Shown in pieces: positions 8,670-17,419 of a stretch of DNA of 64,000 nucleotides. How positions within the stretch are numbered: position 1 is the first letter of the stretch; every line of letters starts with the position of its first letter. The position numbers were made by a program, and so were the translations under genes. The notes under the pieces were generated by a model. The model saw only the letters and a list, made by a program, of their open reading frames with translations, was not told the origin of the DNA and did no database searches. The stretch is from a virus. Lineage: Duplodnaviria; Caudoviricetes. Where the stretch lies: positions 3,832-67,831 of IMG/VR virus record IMGVR_UViG_3300048896_000095, one strand, 5' to 3'.

Positions 8670-9221
8670 TCACGCTTGCGCGTGCGTCTGCGCCTCGCGT
8701 TTGGCGATGCCAAGATGCGCACGCCGGCAGGCTTCTTTACAGATACGCGTCAGCTCGATTAGGGCGCGCTCGGGCGTGCCAATTTCCGACAAGATACGCA
8801 CGCCCGTGGCGATGAAAACCGCAGCTTCGCGGATGCCGTGCTCGGCGTGATCGCAGCGTTTCTTGGCCCACGCTTCGAATGCGTCGCGCGACTCGCGAAT
8901 GATGAACGCCGATTCCGCAGCGACCTCCAGCGGACTGCCAGGGCTCTGATAGAGCGTGCGCCCGCACGACTCGGCCGCGTTCCGCAAAATGGTCTGCGTC
9001 TTCTCGGCTTGGATGTACGCGCCTTCGAGAGTACCGCCAGCAACCTTGCGCGCATTCATGATCGCGGCACCCTGCACGTCGCCGTTGGGCACCAGCACGA
9101 GCACCAGATCCATCTCCGGGTTTGCTTCGAGCAACTGATCGATCGCCGGCTTCAACGCCTCGCCCACCTTCGTGGCGAGCTCACCCAACGGTCCGCAATC
9201 CTTTGCCTCTGTTTTCATCAT
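8670..9221 (-). CDS. Hypothetical protein
   Basis: ATG 9221 (MMKTEAK) after GCAGGAAGG. Confidence 0.65.
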   Translation of the reverse strand: MMKTEAKDCGPLGELATKVGEALKPAIDQLLEANPEMDLVLVLVPNGDVQGAAIMNARKVAGGTLEGAYIQAEKTQTILRNAAESCGRTLYQSPGSPLEVAAESAFIIRESRDAFEAWAKKRCDHAEHGIREAAVFIATGVRILSEIGTPERALIELTRICKEACRRAHLGIAKREAQTHAQA

Positions 9222-9567
9222 GGCTCTTTCCTTCCTGCCCGGTGTCACCCGGGGCTTCGAATTCGGTCAGCGCAACGCTCGCTCTTTCCAAGAGCTGCGT
9301 CAATTCTGCGTCGGGTTTCGCCTTCTTTTCCAGGTACGCGATCAGGTCGCGCAGCACCTTCATGGGCTGGTCCATGCCCTCGGCTTCGGCGTAGTGCAGC
9401 TTCATGCACACGATCGCCGCTTCGAGCGCCGAGCGCTCAGCAGACGCAAACTCGCGCGCACCCGAGCTCGACTGCCAGTTGTCCAGCTGGCGCTGTAAAT
9501 GATCAGCACGGCGCTCGAGAGTCGCGACCTTCCCGAGAAGCTTCTGCGTAACGTGGGGAGGGGTCAT
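9181..9567 (-). CDS. Hypothetical coiled-coil protein
   Basis: 128-aa ORF, ATGA overlap with the upstream gene. Confidence 0.65.
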   Translation of the reverse strand: MTPPHVTQKLLGKVATLERRADHLQRQLDNWQSSSGAREFASAERSALEAAIVCMKLHYAEAEGMDQPMKVLRDLIAYLEKKAKPDAELTQLLERASVALTEFEAPGDTGQEGKSHDENRGKGLRTVG

Positions 9568-10091
9568 GCTTGTTTCTTTCCTCGGAGCCTGGCTAGCGGG
9601 TCGATGGGCACCACGTTAGCGGCTGGCTTGTCCTCGGGCCAGTAACCGTTCTCGCGGTAGTACCGCAGCTCTTCCAGCGAGCGCCCGTCGAATTCGTCCG
9701 GCTCTTGCTCTTCTGGTTTCTTGCTTCGATCTTTGGCGAGCAGGCCGGCAAGCTTTGCGCGCCGGTCCAGCATCCTAGCAGCCTGCTCGAGTTTGCCCTC
9801 TTGGGCCGCGCGCGCATACAGGTGCTCTAGCCTGAAGTGGATCGTGTCGCTCAGCTCTTCCTGATCCTTCGGCGAAAGCTTCGCGCCTTGCTCCGCCACC
9901 TTGCGCAGCGCCGCCGCCGCGCTGCGTTCTGTCGTCTTCAGCTGCTCGACAATCGACAGAACGATCTGGCCGTCGGGCAAGAGCTGCGCAACGCCGTGGC
10001 GCGCGATCTCGTACGCCATCGCCAGGCGCGAACCCGTGAGCGGGGTTCCCTGTTCGGCCGGGGGGGGTTGGTTTCGCTTCGAGCGTTTCAA
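9564..10091 (-). CDS. Putative terminase small subunit-like helical protein
   Basis: RLEHLYARAAQEGKLEQAARMLDRRAKLAGL resembles the oligomerisation helices of TerS-like proteins (recalled pattern). Confidence 0.45.
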   Translation of the reverse strand: MKRSKRNQPPPAEQGTPLTGSRLAMAYEIARHGVAQLLPDGQIVLSIVEQLKTTERSAAAALRKVAEQGAKLSPKDQEELSDTIHFRLEHLYARAAQEGKLEQAARMLDRRAKLAGLLAKDRSKKPEEQEPDEFDGRSLEELRYYRENGYWPEDKPAANVVPIDPLARLRGKKQA

Positions 10092-10396
10092 AGCTTCAGC
10101 CCCAACTGTAACGCGAGCGCCAGGCTGTCCACCATCGCCTCTTGGAACAGCAGCTCCGTCGCCGCCTTGTCGAACGGATAGATCTCGCCGTTCGCGTGGA
10201 ATTCATCGTGGTGCGCTCGACAGAGCGGCACCGTGTGCAGGTCAGTCGTTTTGATGCCCATCCCGCCGCCGCCGCGCCGCCCGTGGTGATGTGCGCGCAT
10301 GTCGCCGCCGCACCGCTCACCGGCAAAGCTACGGCAGCAGCAGCCGCGCTCGCGCACGTGTTTCATGTATTTGCGCGAACGAACTATCTCGATCAC
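10088..10396 (-). CDS. DUF968-like HNH/Zn nuclease-fold protein
   Basis: YMKHVRERGCCC...AHH...GMGIKTTDLHTVPLCRAHHDEFH. Confidence 0.75.
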   Translation of the reverse strand: MIEIVRSRKYMKHVRERGCCCRSFAGERCGGDMRAHHHGRRGGGGMGIKTTDLHTVPLCRAHHDEFHANGEIYPFDKAATELLFQEAMVDSLALALQLGLKL

Positions 10397-10809
10397 TTCG
10401 GGTCGCTTGCCTTCCTGGGTTCTGAACCCAAGGCAAGCCTATCACGTTCGCGCACGTGCGGCTGGTCGCTGTAGCCGGCGCGCATCGGCTTGCCTGAAAT
10501 CTGCTCGACCTTCGGGTCGCTGAACACCCAAACAGCGGGGCCAAAGGCAACTCGCCCGAGCTCACCGGGCTGCGCGGTGCGCTGCAGGGTCACCGTTCCC
10601 AGGTCGCCGGCGCGGATGCTCGGGACCTTCAGCCCGAGCCGTTCCGTGTAGAACCAGAGATAGAAATTGTCGAGCTCGTCTTCTGCCCGAATCCCGATGC
10701 GCTGCCCGAGCATCGCAGGCACGGGCAGCAGCCACAGGTTGGCGAAGTTTCGAGCGCCGCAAATGATCGCGTTGGCGAGCACCCGCTCAAGTATCAGGAT
10801 CTTCATCAT
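10393..10809 (-). CDS. Hypothetical protein
   Basis: ORF filling the operon; stop overlaps the next GTG. Start may be 10809 or 10818. Confidence 0.55.
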   Translation of the reverse strand: MMKILILERVLANAIICGARNFANLWLLPVPAMLGQRIGIRAEDELDNFYLWFYTERLGLKVPSIRAGDLGTVTLQRTAQPGELGRVAFGPAVWVFSDPKVEQISGKPMRAGYSDQPHVRERDRLALGSEPRKASDPK

Positions 10810-11074
10810 CTGAATCAAACATCACGCTGTCAGCTTCGGTTGCCATCGCGCGCGCTTCTTCACCTTGGTGCGACAGAGCCACGAGCTGATCGGCGACTTC
10901 GCAGCACATCACGAAGTCGCGCTCGATCGCTTCTTCGTACGGCTCCAGCATCAGGTCGGCCTCCACCTGCGTCACATCGATCGGCGCTCGACCGAGCGGG
11001 CGCAAGAGCGGGCGCAGCGTCGTTTGCCGCAATATGCGGCGCATCGTTTCCAGGATCGCTTCTCGTTGGTTCAT
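10787..11074 (-). CDS. Hypothetical protein (95 aa)
   Basis: ATG 11074 in ATGA overlap (MNQREAILETMRR...). Confidence 0.6.
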   Translation of the reverse strand: MNQREAILETMRRILRQTTLRPLLRPLGRAPIDVTQVEADLMLEPYEEAIERDFVMCCEVADQLVALSHQGEEARAMATEADSVMFDSDDEDPDT

Positions 11075-11379
11075 TGCTTCGGCCTCGTTAGACGCGGGGT
11101 GACTCCGATGCTCACCACGCGCATGGGGATCTGAAGGTCGCCCAGACCGATCATGACTCGCCTGTATGTAAGCAACCAAATGATCGGCAGCGCGAACGGC
11201 ACCAGCAGCCACGGCCACCACAGCCGAACACGCACGCGCAGCACGTCGACATTCAAGGCAACGGCAACTGAAGCAAACCAGGCGCGCCGCGTCCGCAGGC
11301 TTTCGTAGACCGAGCTAGCCGCGAGCTTGCGCAAGCCTTGAAAGCGCATCGACTCCACGAACAGGCTGCGGTTCACCAT
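11071..11379 (-). CDS. Small membrane protein
   Basis: Hydrophobic LWWPWLLVPFALPIIWLLTY; start coupled to the upstream stop. Confidence 0.55.
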   Translation of the reverse strand: MVNRSLFVESMRFQGLRKLAASSVYESLRTRRAWFASVAVALNVDVLRVRVRLWWPWLLVPFALPIIWLLTYRRVMIGLGDLQIPMRVVSIGVTPRLTRPKQ

Positions 11380-11951
11380 GCAACATGCTTCCACAGATCG
11401 GCGATACCGAGCGCGCTTGCTAAGCCCTCGCGCCCTTGGCTGTTCGTTTCGGCTGCCCACCAAAGCCGGAACACCGGATCGATCGTGGCCTGCGCCGTCG
11501 CGCGCTCGGTCATAATCCGAATCGATTCCTTGCGCTTCGGCGTGCGGCCTACGTGCCCACGCTGGTGAGCCTGCCAGCTCGAAGCCGCCATCTCAAACAC
11601 GTGCAGCTCCTGGACGTTGGCGCGCGTCGCCGCCACCCACCCAAGGCACATCCCGAGTTTGAGCGTTAGCTCCAGCACCGAGCGCGCATGCGTGATCATG
11701 GTCACGTACTGCTTTTCAACCACGATCACCCGCGCGCCCGTGGAACGCATCAGCCGCACCAGATCCTCCGGCTGCAGCGGGTGCGCCACGAGCACCGGGT
11801 TCGGTTTGCCTTTCTCGTATCCCAGCACCTTGCCGTGCTCGCCTGGATCGATCGCCAGGAATGGCTCGCCGCGGAACTGATCCACGTGCTCCGGCTCCTC
11901 CCAGTTCCAGCGCTCAAACACCGAGCGCCTTCGCTTTCTGCTGCAGCTCAC
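11373..11951 (-). CDS. RuvC-like Holliday junction resolvase
   Basis: FLAIDPG, VIVVEKQY, LKLGMCLG, SSWQ, REGLASALGIA. Start uncertain. Confidence 0.7.
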   Translation of the reverse strand: MSCSRKRRRSVFERWNWEEPEHVDQFRGEPFLAIDPGEHGKVLGYEKGKPNPVLVAHPLQPEDLVRLMRSTGARVIVVEKQYVTMITHARSVLELTLKLGMCLGWVAATRANVQELHVFEMAASSWQAHQRGHVGRTPKRKESIRIMTERATAQATIDPVFRLWWAAETNSQGREGLASALGIADLWKHVAW

Positions 11952-12222
11952 GATCGAACTTCAGCTCATCACAGATTACGAGCACGCCCGCGCGCACCGT
12001 CGACTGGTCGTGATTCCAAACCGCACCGATCTGCGGGTACGAATACCGCCACCGGATAAAAAGCACGTACCAGGCAAGGCGCCGCGCCATCACCACGTTG
12101 CCGGTGTTGGTTCCGAAAAACGTCTCGCTCTCCAGGAGTCCGAAAAGCTCTTCGGCCTTTCGCGCTACTTCAAGCGCGATCTGATCAGTCTGTCTCACTG
12201 CCGCTAATTGGTGCTGTCCCAT
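11914..12222 (-). CDS. Stand-alone DnaA domain IV-like (Bac_DnaA_C) HTH protein
   Basis: VVMARRLAWYVL...SYPQIGAVWNHDQSTVRAGV matches the ARQIAMYL..S..IG..F.RDHTTV pattern; ATG 12222 with GGAAGG. Confidence 0.75.
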   Translation of the reverse strand: MGQHQLAAVRQTDQIALEVARKAEELFGLLESETFFGTNTGNVVMARRLAWYVLFIRWRYSYPQIGAVWNHDQSTVRAGVLVICDELKFDRELQQKAKALGV

Positions 12223-12556
12223 CTTCCTTTGCCTTCCCGACGCGCATCCGCACGTCAACGATCACCACGTCCGGCAGCAGCGCCACCTGGACCGAATGCT
12301 CCTGCACCGCCGCCGTGAGCTCGGCGCGGCCGTTCACCAGCTTCACGATCTTCTCTTCGAGCGCCTCACGGATGCGAAGCGCCAGCGTCCCGCCGTTGCT
12401 GGCCACCCCGTCCCGCAGGGTCTGCCGGAGCTCCACCAGCAGGCCCCACGCTTGTTCGGTCCAGCGCCGGAGCTCCAGCGGGTCCGTGGGTAGCTTCTCG
12501 AGCGGCGCCAGCTCTGCCGCGCGCTCCAGGAGGCTGTCGAGCTCGCCCGGGTTCAT
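12185..12556 (-). CDS. Hypothetical protein
   Basis: ATG 12556 in ATGA overlap (MNPGELDSLLERAAEL...). Confidence 0.6.
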   Translation of the reverse strand: MNPGELDSLLERAAELAPLEKLPTDPLELRRWTEQAWGLLVELRQTLRDGVASNGGTLALRIREALEEKIVKLVNGRAELTAAVQEHSVQVALLPDVVIVDVRMRVGKAKEDGTAPISGSETD

Positions 12557-13191
12557 GTCCCGGTCTCGTCCTCGGGAACGAACGCCAGCGACGCCTGCGG
12601 GCTCGGTGGCCCCGCCTTGGCCGGCGCCGGGCCGCCCGCAGTCTCGTGCCCTGGTGGGGGGCGGGTCATGCCGCGCAGCCACACCGGCAGCAGCGCGCGG
12701 TTCTGGCTGTACCGCTCGCAGATCTTGACCTGCCAGGTGGGGTTCTGGGGAATGTCGGAGCGGGGGAGCGGCAGGTGGTACCAGTCGCGCGCGAACTGCT
12801 GCAGCTGCTCGAGATCTTCCCAGCGCTCGGCGTGCTCCAGGAAATTCGCCACGCGCAGAAGCACCTGGATCTTGCCGGCGTTGTCGGCCTCCATTTTGAA
12901 GATGGCGCCGCGCCACGATCCGAAAAAGCTCAGCTGCGCGCGCTCGTCTTTCGTGAGCTTGCCGCCGTGTTCGTTCTTGCGGTGCGCGTCGACGATCTGC
13001 CCGTCATCCCACGTGAGCACCGCGGGCCGCGCCGGCCATTCTCCCGGGCCCCACTTCGAGAGATCCGACAGCACGCCGTTCGCGACCTGCTCTTGCTCTT
13101 CGAGACTAACCAGCCTGCCGGTTGAGTGAGCCAGCATCTCGCTTGCCGGAACGTAGCCGTGTGATCTCTTCCTGGGCGCGATTGTGGGCAT
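12553..13191 (-). CDS. Hypothetical protein, replication-module position
   Basis: 212-aa ORF directly after the initiator-like gene; GAAAGGTGAT SD. Confidence 0.6.
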   Translation of the reverse strand: MPTIAPRKRSHGYVPASEMLAHSTGRLVSLEEQEQVANGVLSDLSKWGPGEWPARPAVLTWDDGQIVDAHRKNEHGGKLTKDERAQLSFFGSWRGAIFKMEADNAGKIQVLLRVANFLEHAERWEDLEQLQQFARDWYHLPLPRSDIPQNPTWQVKICERYSQNRALLPVWLRGMTRPPPGHETAGGPAPAKAGPPSPQASLAFVPEDETGT

Positions 13192-13738
13192 TCATATCAC
13201 CTTTCTTCAGTGCTTCGAGTCCGTCGGCCGCGAGCTGCGCGATCTGCGCGTCTTTCTCTTCGGAGCCGTTCACCGCAAGAGGCTTGGCGCCGTGCTCCTT
13301 CGCCAAGTCTCGGAAGCTTTCGAGCTTCGTACCGTTGCGGCAGATCAGCGTGATGTCGTTGTAGCTCCGGCCTTCGTTGTTGATCCCGTTGTGAAAGTCG
13401 CTCGCTTTGCAGCCGTCGATTGCTCGGCGAATATCTTGGGCCGTGTAACCGTCGCGCAGACGCGCGCGAATCACCCGACGGCGCTCCGGCGTGAACGTCG
13501 CTCGCTCTTTCCCAAAGACAGCCTGCCAATACTGGAACAGCTCGCCCTCCACCTGCGTGGTGACTTCTTCTTTCGCGGGCTTCGCGGGCTTCGTGCCGCC
13601 CTCCAGCCAATCGGCAATCGCTCGCAGCTCAGTGATCAAGTCGCCGGCGCGCAGGCGCCCCACAAAGAAGGCGTGAGCCAACCCTGTGAGGCGCGCGCCG
13701 ATTTCGCGGCCCGTAACCTGTTCGCGTTGATCAGTCAT
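13106..13738 (-). CDS. Phage replication initiator-like protein (conserved phage C-terminal domain)
   Basis: LFQYWQAVFG...FTPERRRVIRARLRDGYTAQDIRRAIDGCKASDFHNG.N..G..YNDITLICR..KLESF. Confidence 0.7.
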   Translation of the reverse strand: MTDQREQVTGREIGARLTGLAHAFFVGRLRAGDLITELRAIADWLEGGTKPAKPAKEEVTTQVEGELFQYWQAVFGKERATFTPERRRVIRARLRDGYTAQDIRRAIDGCKASDFHNGINNEGRSYNDITLICRNGTKLESFRDLAKEHGAKPLAVNGSEEKDAQIAQLAADGLEALKKGDMNAHNRAQEEITRLRSGKRDAGSLNRQAG

Positions 13739-14382
13739 CAGAACGGAATGTCGTCGTCGCCGCCGCCAGCGAACCCGCCGGTCTGCGTGCCACCACCGAC
13801 CTGGCCGTAGTCTTGATCGTCACCACCGCGGGTCCAGTCGTCGGCTTGGCCACCGCCGCCGCGTTGGCCGTTGTCTCCGACTTCAGGTTTGCCACCAGGC
13901 TGCCCTGCGCTCTGCTGCGTCTCGAGCCAGCGATCCATCGCGTCCTTGTGCTCTTGCGTCCAGAGCCGCACGTAGTGAATCCGGTCTATGTCGTGGTTCG
14001 TGTACTGCCCGTTGCGCTCGACCTTGATCGTCGCCACGAACGGCTGACCGACGAACAGCTCCCGGATATTCCGATCGCCCTCGGCCTGCGTACCTTCATC
14101 GGTTGAACCGAGCTCGAATTCATCCTCCACGCCGCACGCCTCCATCCAAATGCGCCAGCGATTGACCGATCCTTCTTTGGACAGATCAAGGCTCACGTTC
14201 GAATAGAAGCGCTTGCCCTCCAGCGGCCCGGCGCAGATAACCCACGTGCAGCGCAGGTACTCATTGCCCGAGCTTTTGGCCTTGGCTCGCTTGAAAGACT
14301 TCAGAGCGATGATGTATTCGCCCGCGGGGATCTCGTTCGCGTTGTCGCCACCACTCGCGCCGCCTGGTCCTAGCCTCGGCAT
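13738..14382 (-). CDS. Single-stranded DNA-binding protein (DUF669-like)
   Basis: IPAGEY...KSSGNEYLRCTWVI..GPLEGKRFY, Gly-rich linker, C-terminal DDDIPF. Confidence 0.8.
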   Translation of the reverse strand: MPRLGPGGASGGDNANEIPAGEYIIALKSFKRAKAKSSGNEYLRCTWVICAGPLEGKRFYSNVSLDLSKEGSVNRWRIWMEACGVEDEFELGSTDEGTQAEGDRNIRELFVGQPFVATIKVERNGQYTNHDIDRIHYVRLWTQEHKDAMDRWLETQQSAGQPGGKPEVGDNGQRGGGGQADDWTRGGDDQDYGQVGGGTQTGGFAGGGDDDIPF

Positions 14383-15371
14383 TAGCCAGCCCTCCTCTTT
14401 CGCTGCGCCTTCGGTGGCTTCGCTGCTTCAGGTTCGGCCGCTGTCGGTTCCGCTGCAGGCTCTGCAGCCGCCGGCGCCGCCGCTGCTTCGGCGACGATCG
14501 GCTTGTCCTCGGCTCCCACCGAACCGCCGCCTAGCTCGGCAGACGGCGCCGGCGCGGGCCGCTCGCGTTCTTCGCCGCGAATCACCCGCACCCAATAACC
14601 GAAGTCCGGGACCTCGGTATCCCGGAGCGGGCGGTACGGCTTGGTCATCATGTATTCGGGGCCCGTGGTCATGACGCCATATTCGAGCTCGTGCTCCTTA
14701 CCCGGTAGGCCGCGCCGCGTCTTTCGGTACGTGAAGCCCACCACGTTCACCGCCGCCGCCAGCGTGATCGCCAGCTGCTTCGCGGCCATCATCGGCTTGA
14801 CGGAGCGGACCTTGTTGTCGTCGTCGCCCGTTTCGCGATCGTCGGCCAGCGCCAGGAAGATGGCGTGCATCGGCAGATCTCGGATGCTCGTGATCATCGC
14901 CGCCGCGCGCTGCAGCAACACGTTCCAGAAGCGCGTCGAATCGACCGGCAAGCCGTCGCGCCCGAGCTGCGGCGGTGACTGCCGGCGGATCTCTTCCACC
15001 AGCAGACGGCACGCATCGGTCGCCGAATCGAGCACGATCGTCTCGGGCCAGTCGCCTTCATGGATGCAGATCTTTTCGGGCGTGCCGTTGTTGTCGTGCA
15101 TCTCGTACAGCTTGAACGGCTTCGTGTGGTCGCCGTGCAGCGAGCGCACCAGGTTGCGCAGGTCGTTCGCGTGCTCGAGATAGAACACCAGCGGCATCGG
15201 AACACCGAGCCGCTTGCTTGCTTCCTTGATGTGCACTAGCGCCTGGCGTTCCGTGATCGCGATCAGCGGCTTGGGCGCTGAAGTACCAAACGAAGTTTTG
15301 CCCGTGCCTGGCGGTCCGTAAATGCACGCCTTCACGTGCTTCTCGTCTTCCTGATCGTCCAACCTTTTCAT
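14382..15371 (-). CDS. AAA_24/Sak4-like ATPase (ssDNA annealing/recombination)
   Basis: KACIYGPPGTGKTSF, ETIVLDSAT, MHAIFLA, AAVNVVGF; lies between the exonuclease and SSB genes. Confidence 0.85.
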   Translation of the reverse strand: MKRLDDQEDEKHVKACIYGPPGTGKTSFGTSAPKPLIAITERQALVHIKEASKRLGVPMPLVFYLEHANDLRNLVRSLHGDHTKPFKLYEMHDNNGTPEKICIHEGDWPETIVLDSATDACRLLVEEIRRQSPPQLGRDGLPVDSTRFWNVLLQRAAAMITSIRDLPMHAIFLALADDRETGDDDNKVRSVKPMMAAKQLAITLAAAVNVVGFTYRKTRRGLPGKEHELEYGVMTTGPEYMMTKPYRPLRDTEVPDFGYWVRVIRGEERERPAPAPSAELGGGSVGAEDKPIVAEAAAAPAAAEPAAEPTAAEPEAAKPPKAQRKRRAG

Positions 15372-15394
15372 TTCGACTTTGCCTTTCCTATTTG

Positions 15395-15410
15395 GTGGCT
15401 AGCTAGCCAC
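15395..15410. promoter_or_regulatory. Perfect 16-bp palindrome GTGGCTAGCTAGCCAC
   Basis: Intergenic; flanked on the - strand by direct repeats AAATAGG, the second running into the AGGAAAGG SD of the Sak4-like gene. Confidence 0.55.
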
Positions 15411-15413
15411 TAC

Positions 15414-15935
15414 CTATTTCATGCCCGGTGCAGGCAGCGTGAGCTGCGCGCTTTCCGTCAGCGCACGCTGCAGCTTATCGAGCCACGTGGCAACGCTGTC
15501 TTTTGCATGCTTCCGCACCTCGACGTTGTGCGCCTTCGTTTCCTCGAATTCCTGCCAGCGTTGCTCCACCAGCTCGATCTTGGACAACGCCTTTTCCACG
15601 CGCTCGGCCATCGGGGAAACCGGGAGAGCTTCTTCGATCGCCGCCTTCAGCGCAGCTTCATCAGCCTCTTGCTTTTCCTTGCATTCGAAGCCGCGCTTTT
15701 TCTGCAGGGCTTTCGCCTCCTGCCACTTGCTCCAGTTCTTCTGGATCTCTTCGATAGCCTCCAGCGCGCTCTGCGCAACCTTCGGATCCTTGGCGGCTTC
15801 CGCGTGGCTGCGCAGCTTTACGATCGCGTTGCCGGTCGCCTTCGCTTCCTTGGGCGGCTTCGGCGGCTTACCGCCACCGGTCGACTTCTTGGCTTTCTTC
15901 TTCGGGCTGTTCGGTAGCGTCGACACTGTTCCCAT
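15414..15935 (-). CDS. Lys/Glu-rich coiled-coil hypothetical protein
   Basis: 173-aa ORF with GAGGAG SD. Confidence 0.7.
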   Translation of the reverse strand: MGTVSTLPNSPKKKAKKSTGGGKPPKPPKEAKATGNAIVKLRSHAEAAKDPKVAQSALEAIEEIQKNWSKWQEAKALQKKRGFECKEKQEADEAALKAAIEEALPVSPMAERVEKALSKIELVEQRWQEFEETKAHNVEVRKHAKDSVATWLDKLQRALTESAQLTLPAPGMK

Positions 15936-17202
15936 CTGCTAACTCCTCGTGCTTGCTCTTGGCGACTCGATACGACCTCAACGCGGCAGGATCGCCGGGG
16001 TTGAGGCAAACCAACGAATAGGAGCAGGGCGGGCTGCTCGGCAGCGTGCACGCCATCGGGTTGCGCGTACGCAGCGACGGATCGCGCTCGGCTGCTCGCA
16101 TCAGCTTCGCCTCTACCCACAGCTCCCGCCGCCAGCGATCGATCGCTTCGGCATTCTTGAAATACTCGATCTGCGCGAAGTAGGTGTCGCCCTTGGCTTT
16201 CAAGCGCTCCAGCAGCGCCAGCTGCTTATCCGTCGCCGGCAAGCTGCGCTCCATGATCTGCGCTTCCAGCGCCGCTTGATAGTACGGGTGCAGCGTATCG
16301 ATCTGCGCGACCGAAACTTCACCCCGTGGCTCACCGTCGGCATCCTGTGCGCGCAGGAGCTCGAATTGCTCCGGCGTGCGGCACTGGCTTTTCTTCAGCA
16401 GGTTCAGGCTCGGCGTTGACGGCATCTTCCGCCGGACCACGTTGTAGCCGATGGAGCCGACCGTGGCCCCATGCACTTCAGGCCATTGCCTAGCAATCAC
16501 CAAGCGCGCCGCCGCTGTCGTCGGAAGCTCGGTAACCAGCTGCGTGAAGTTTCCGGCACCGATGCGATCGAGTTGCGCCTTCACCGCGCACACGTAGCCG
16601 ACCAGCTGCGTATCGAGCTCCAGCCGCTTCTCGATGCTGTGCACGTCGTTCGCGGTGCCCTTGTGATCTTGCACCACGATACGCCCGAGCTCGCGATCCC
16701 AGAGTGCCAAGTCGATCTTGCCCGCGCTCGCCAGCTTGCCTGGTCGGCCCGCCGCCGTCGGGATCTGCGTCTGATACTGGCCCTCAATCATCAGCGGCAC
16801 CATCGACAGATCGCCACGCGCTTGCTGGAAGTAGTGGCCCACAGACCAGCTGGCGCCCTTGGCCGCCTGCTCGGTTTCCTCACACAACGCGTTCTTGTCC
16901 ACGTCACCGGGGAAGGTCGTGGCCTCGATCGTTCTGATGTGCTCGGCGGCTCGCTCAGCAATCGCGATCGGAGCGGCACCGAGCGCCGCCGCAAGCCGCG
17001 CGTCGGTGCTCATCTCGGCAACGCTCCACGCCGCTGTCCACCCAACGTCGGCGCCGTGGTGGTACAGGTCACCCCACGCAAGCGCGTGCGGGGTCAAGAG
17101 CGGGCGCAGCAGATCGAAGTAGGCAAAGCCGTGTTTGGCCTTGCATTGCCGAAAGCAGGTCACCTCGCTGTTCGTAACAACGTGCAGAAATTTACTCGCC
17201 AT
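15868..17202 (-). CDS. PD-(D/E)XK exonuclease (RecB/Cas4-like, recombination partner)
   Basis: TNSEVTCFRQC, ALAWGDLYH, GKIDL...VQDHKG, DTQLVGY, C-terminal C...PCSY..VC; ATG 17202 after GCAGGAAGG. Confidence 0.85.
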   Translation of the reverse strand: MASKFLHVVTNSEVTCFRQCKAKHGFAYFDLLRPLLTPHALAWGDLYHHGADVGWTAAWSVAEMSTDARLAAALGAAPIAIAERAAEHIRTIEATTFPGDVDKNALCEETEQAAKGASWSVGHYFQQARGDLSMVPLMIEGQYQTQIPTAAGRPGKLASAGKIDLALWDRELGRIVVQDHKGTANDVHSIEKRLELDTQLVGYVCAVKAQLDRIGAGNFTQLVTELPTTAAARLVIARQWPEVHGATVGSIGYNVVRRKMPSTPSLNLLKKSQCRTPEQFELLRAQDADGEPRGEVSVAQIDTLHPYYQAALEAQIMERSLPATDKQLALLERLKAKGDTYFAQIEYFKNAEAIDRWRRELWVEAKLMRAAERDPSLRTRNPMACTLPSSPPCSYSLVCLNPGDPAALRSYRVAKSKHEELADGNSVDATEQPEEESQEVDRWR

Positions 17203-17419
17203 CTTCTTTCCTTTCCTTCCTGCGACGTTGCCGCCGCCACACACTCACAACGCTACCTCCGGGCCTTCGGATCTCCACGCAAAAAGTAAGGCCCACCTCC
17301 AGCACCACGTCTTCCCCGTCTTTCTTGGTGCTCTTCACCAGAACCGGGACGCCCGTCGCCGAGTCGACAACGAAGGCGCCCCGCTTCACTTCCTCGATCT
17401 GCACCAGCTCGGTCGGCAT
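17192..17419 (-). CDS. Small hypothetical protein (75 aa)
   Basis: ATG 17419 in TGATG overlap (MPTELVQIEEVKRGAFVVD...). Confidence 0.6.
   Translation of the reverse strand: MPTELVQIEEVKRGAFVVDSATGVPVLVKSTKKDGEDVVLEVGLTFCVEIRRPGGSVVSVWRRQRRRKERKEDGE

Noticed and set aside
9255-9263. ATTCGAAGC (- strand) just upstream of two start-element hairpins (genes starting at 9221 and 54366)
   Set aside because: Only two copies, and TTCGAA is common in this sequence, so it is not distinguishable from chance.
15868-17202. Cas4-like nuclease as sign of a CRISPR system
   Set aside because: No array or other cas genes; its position beside the Sak4-like and SSB genes fits a recombination exonuclease.
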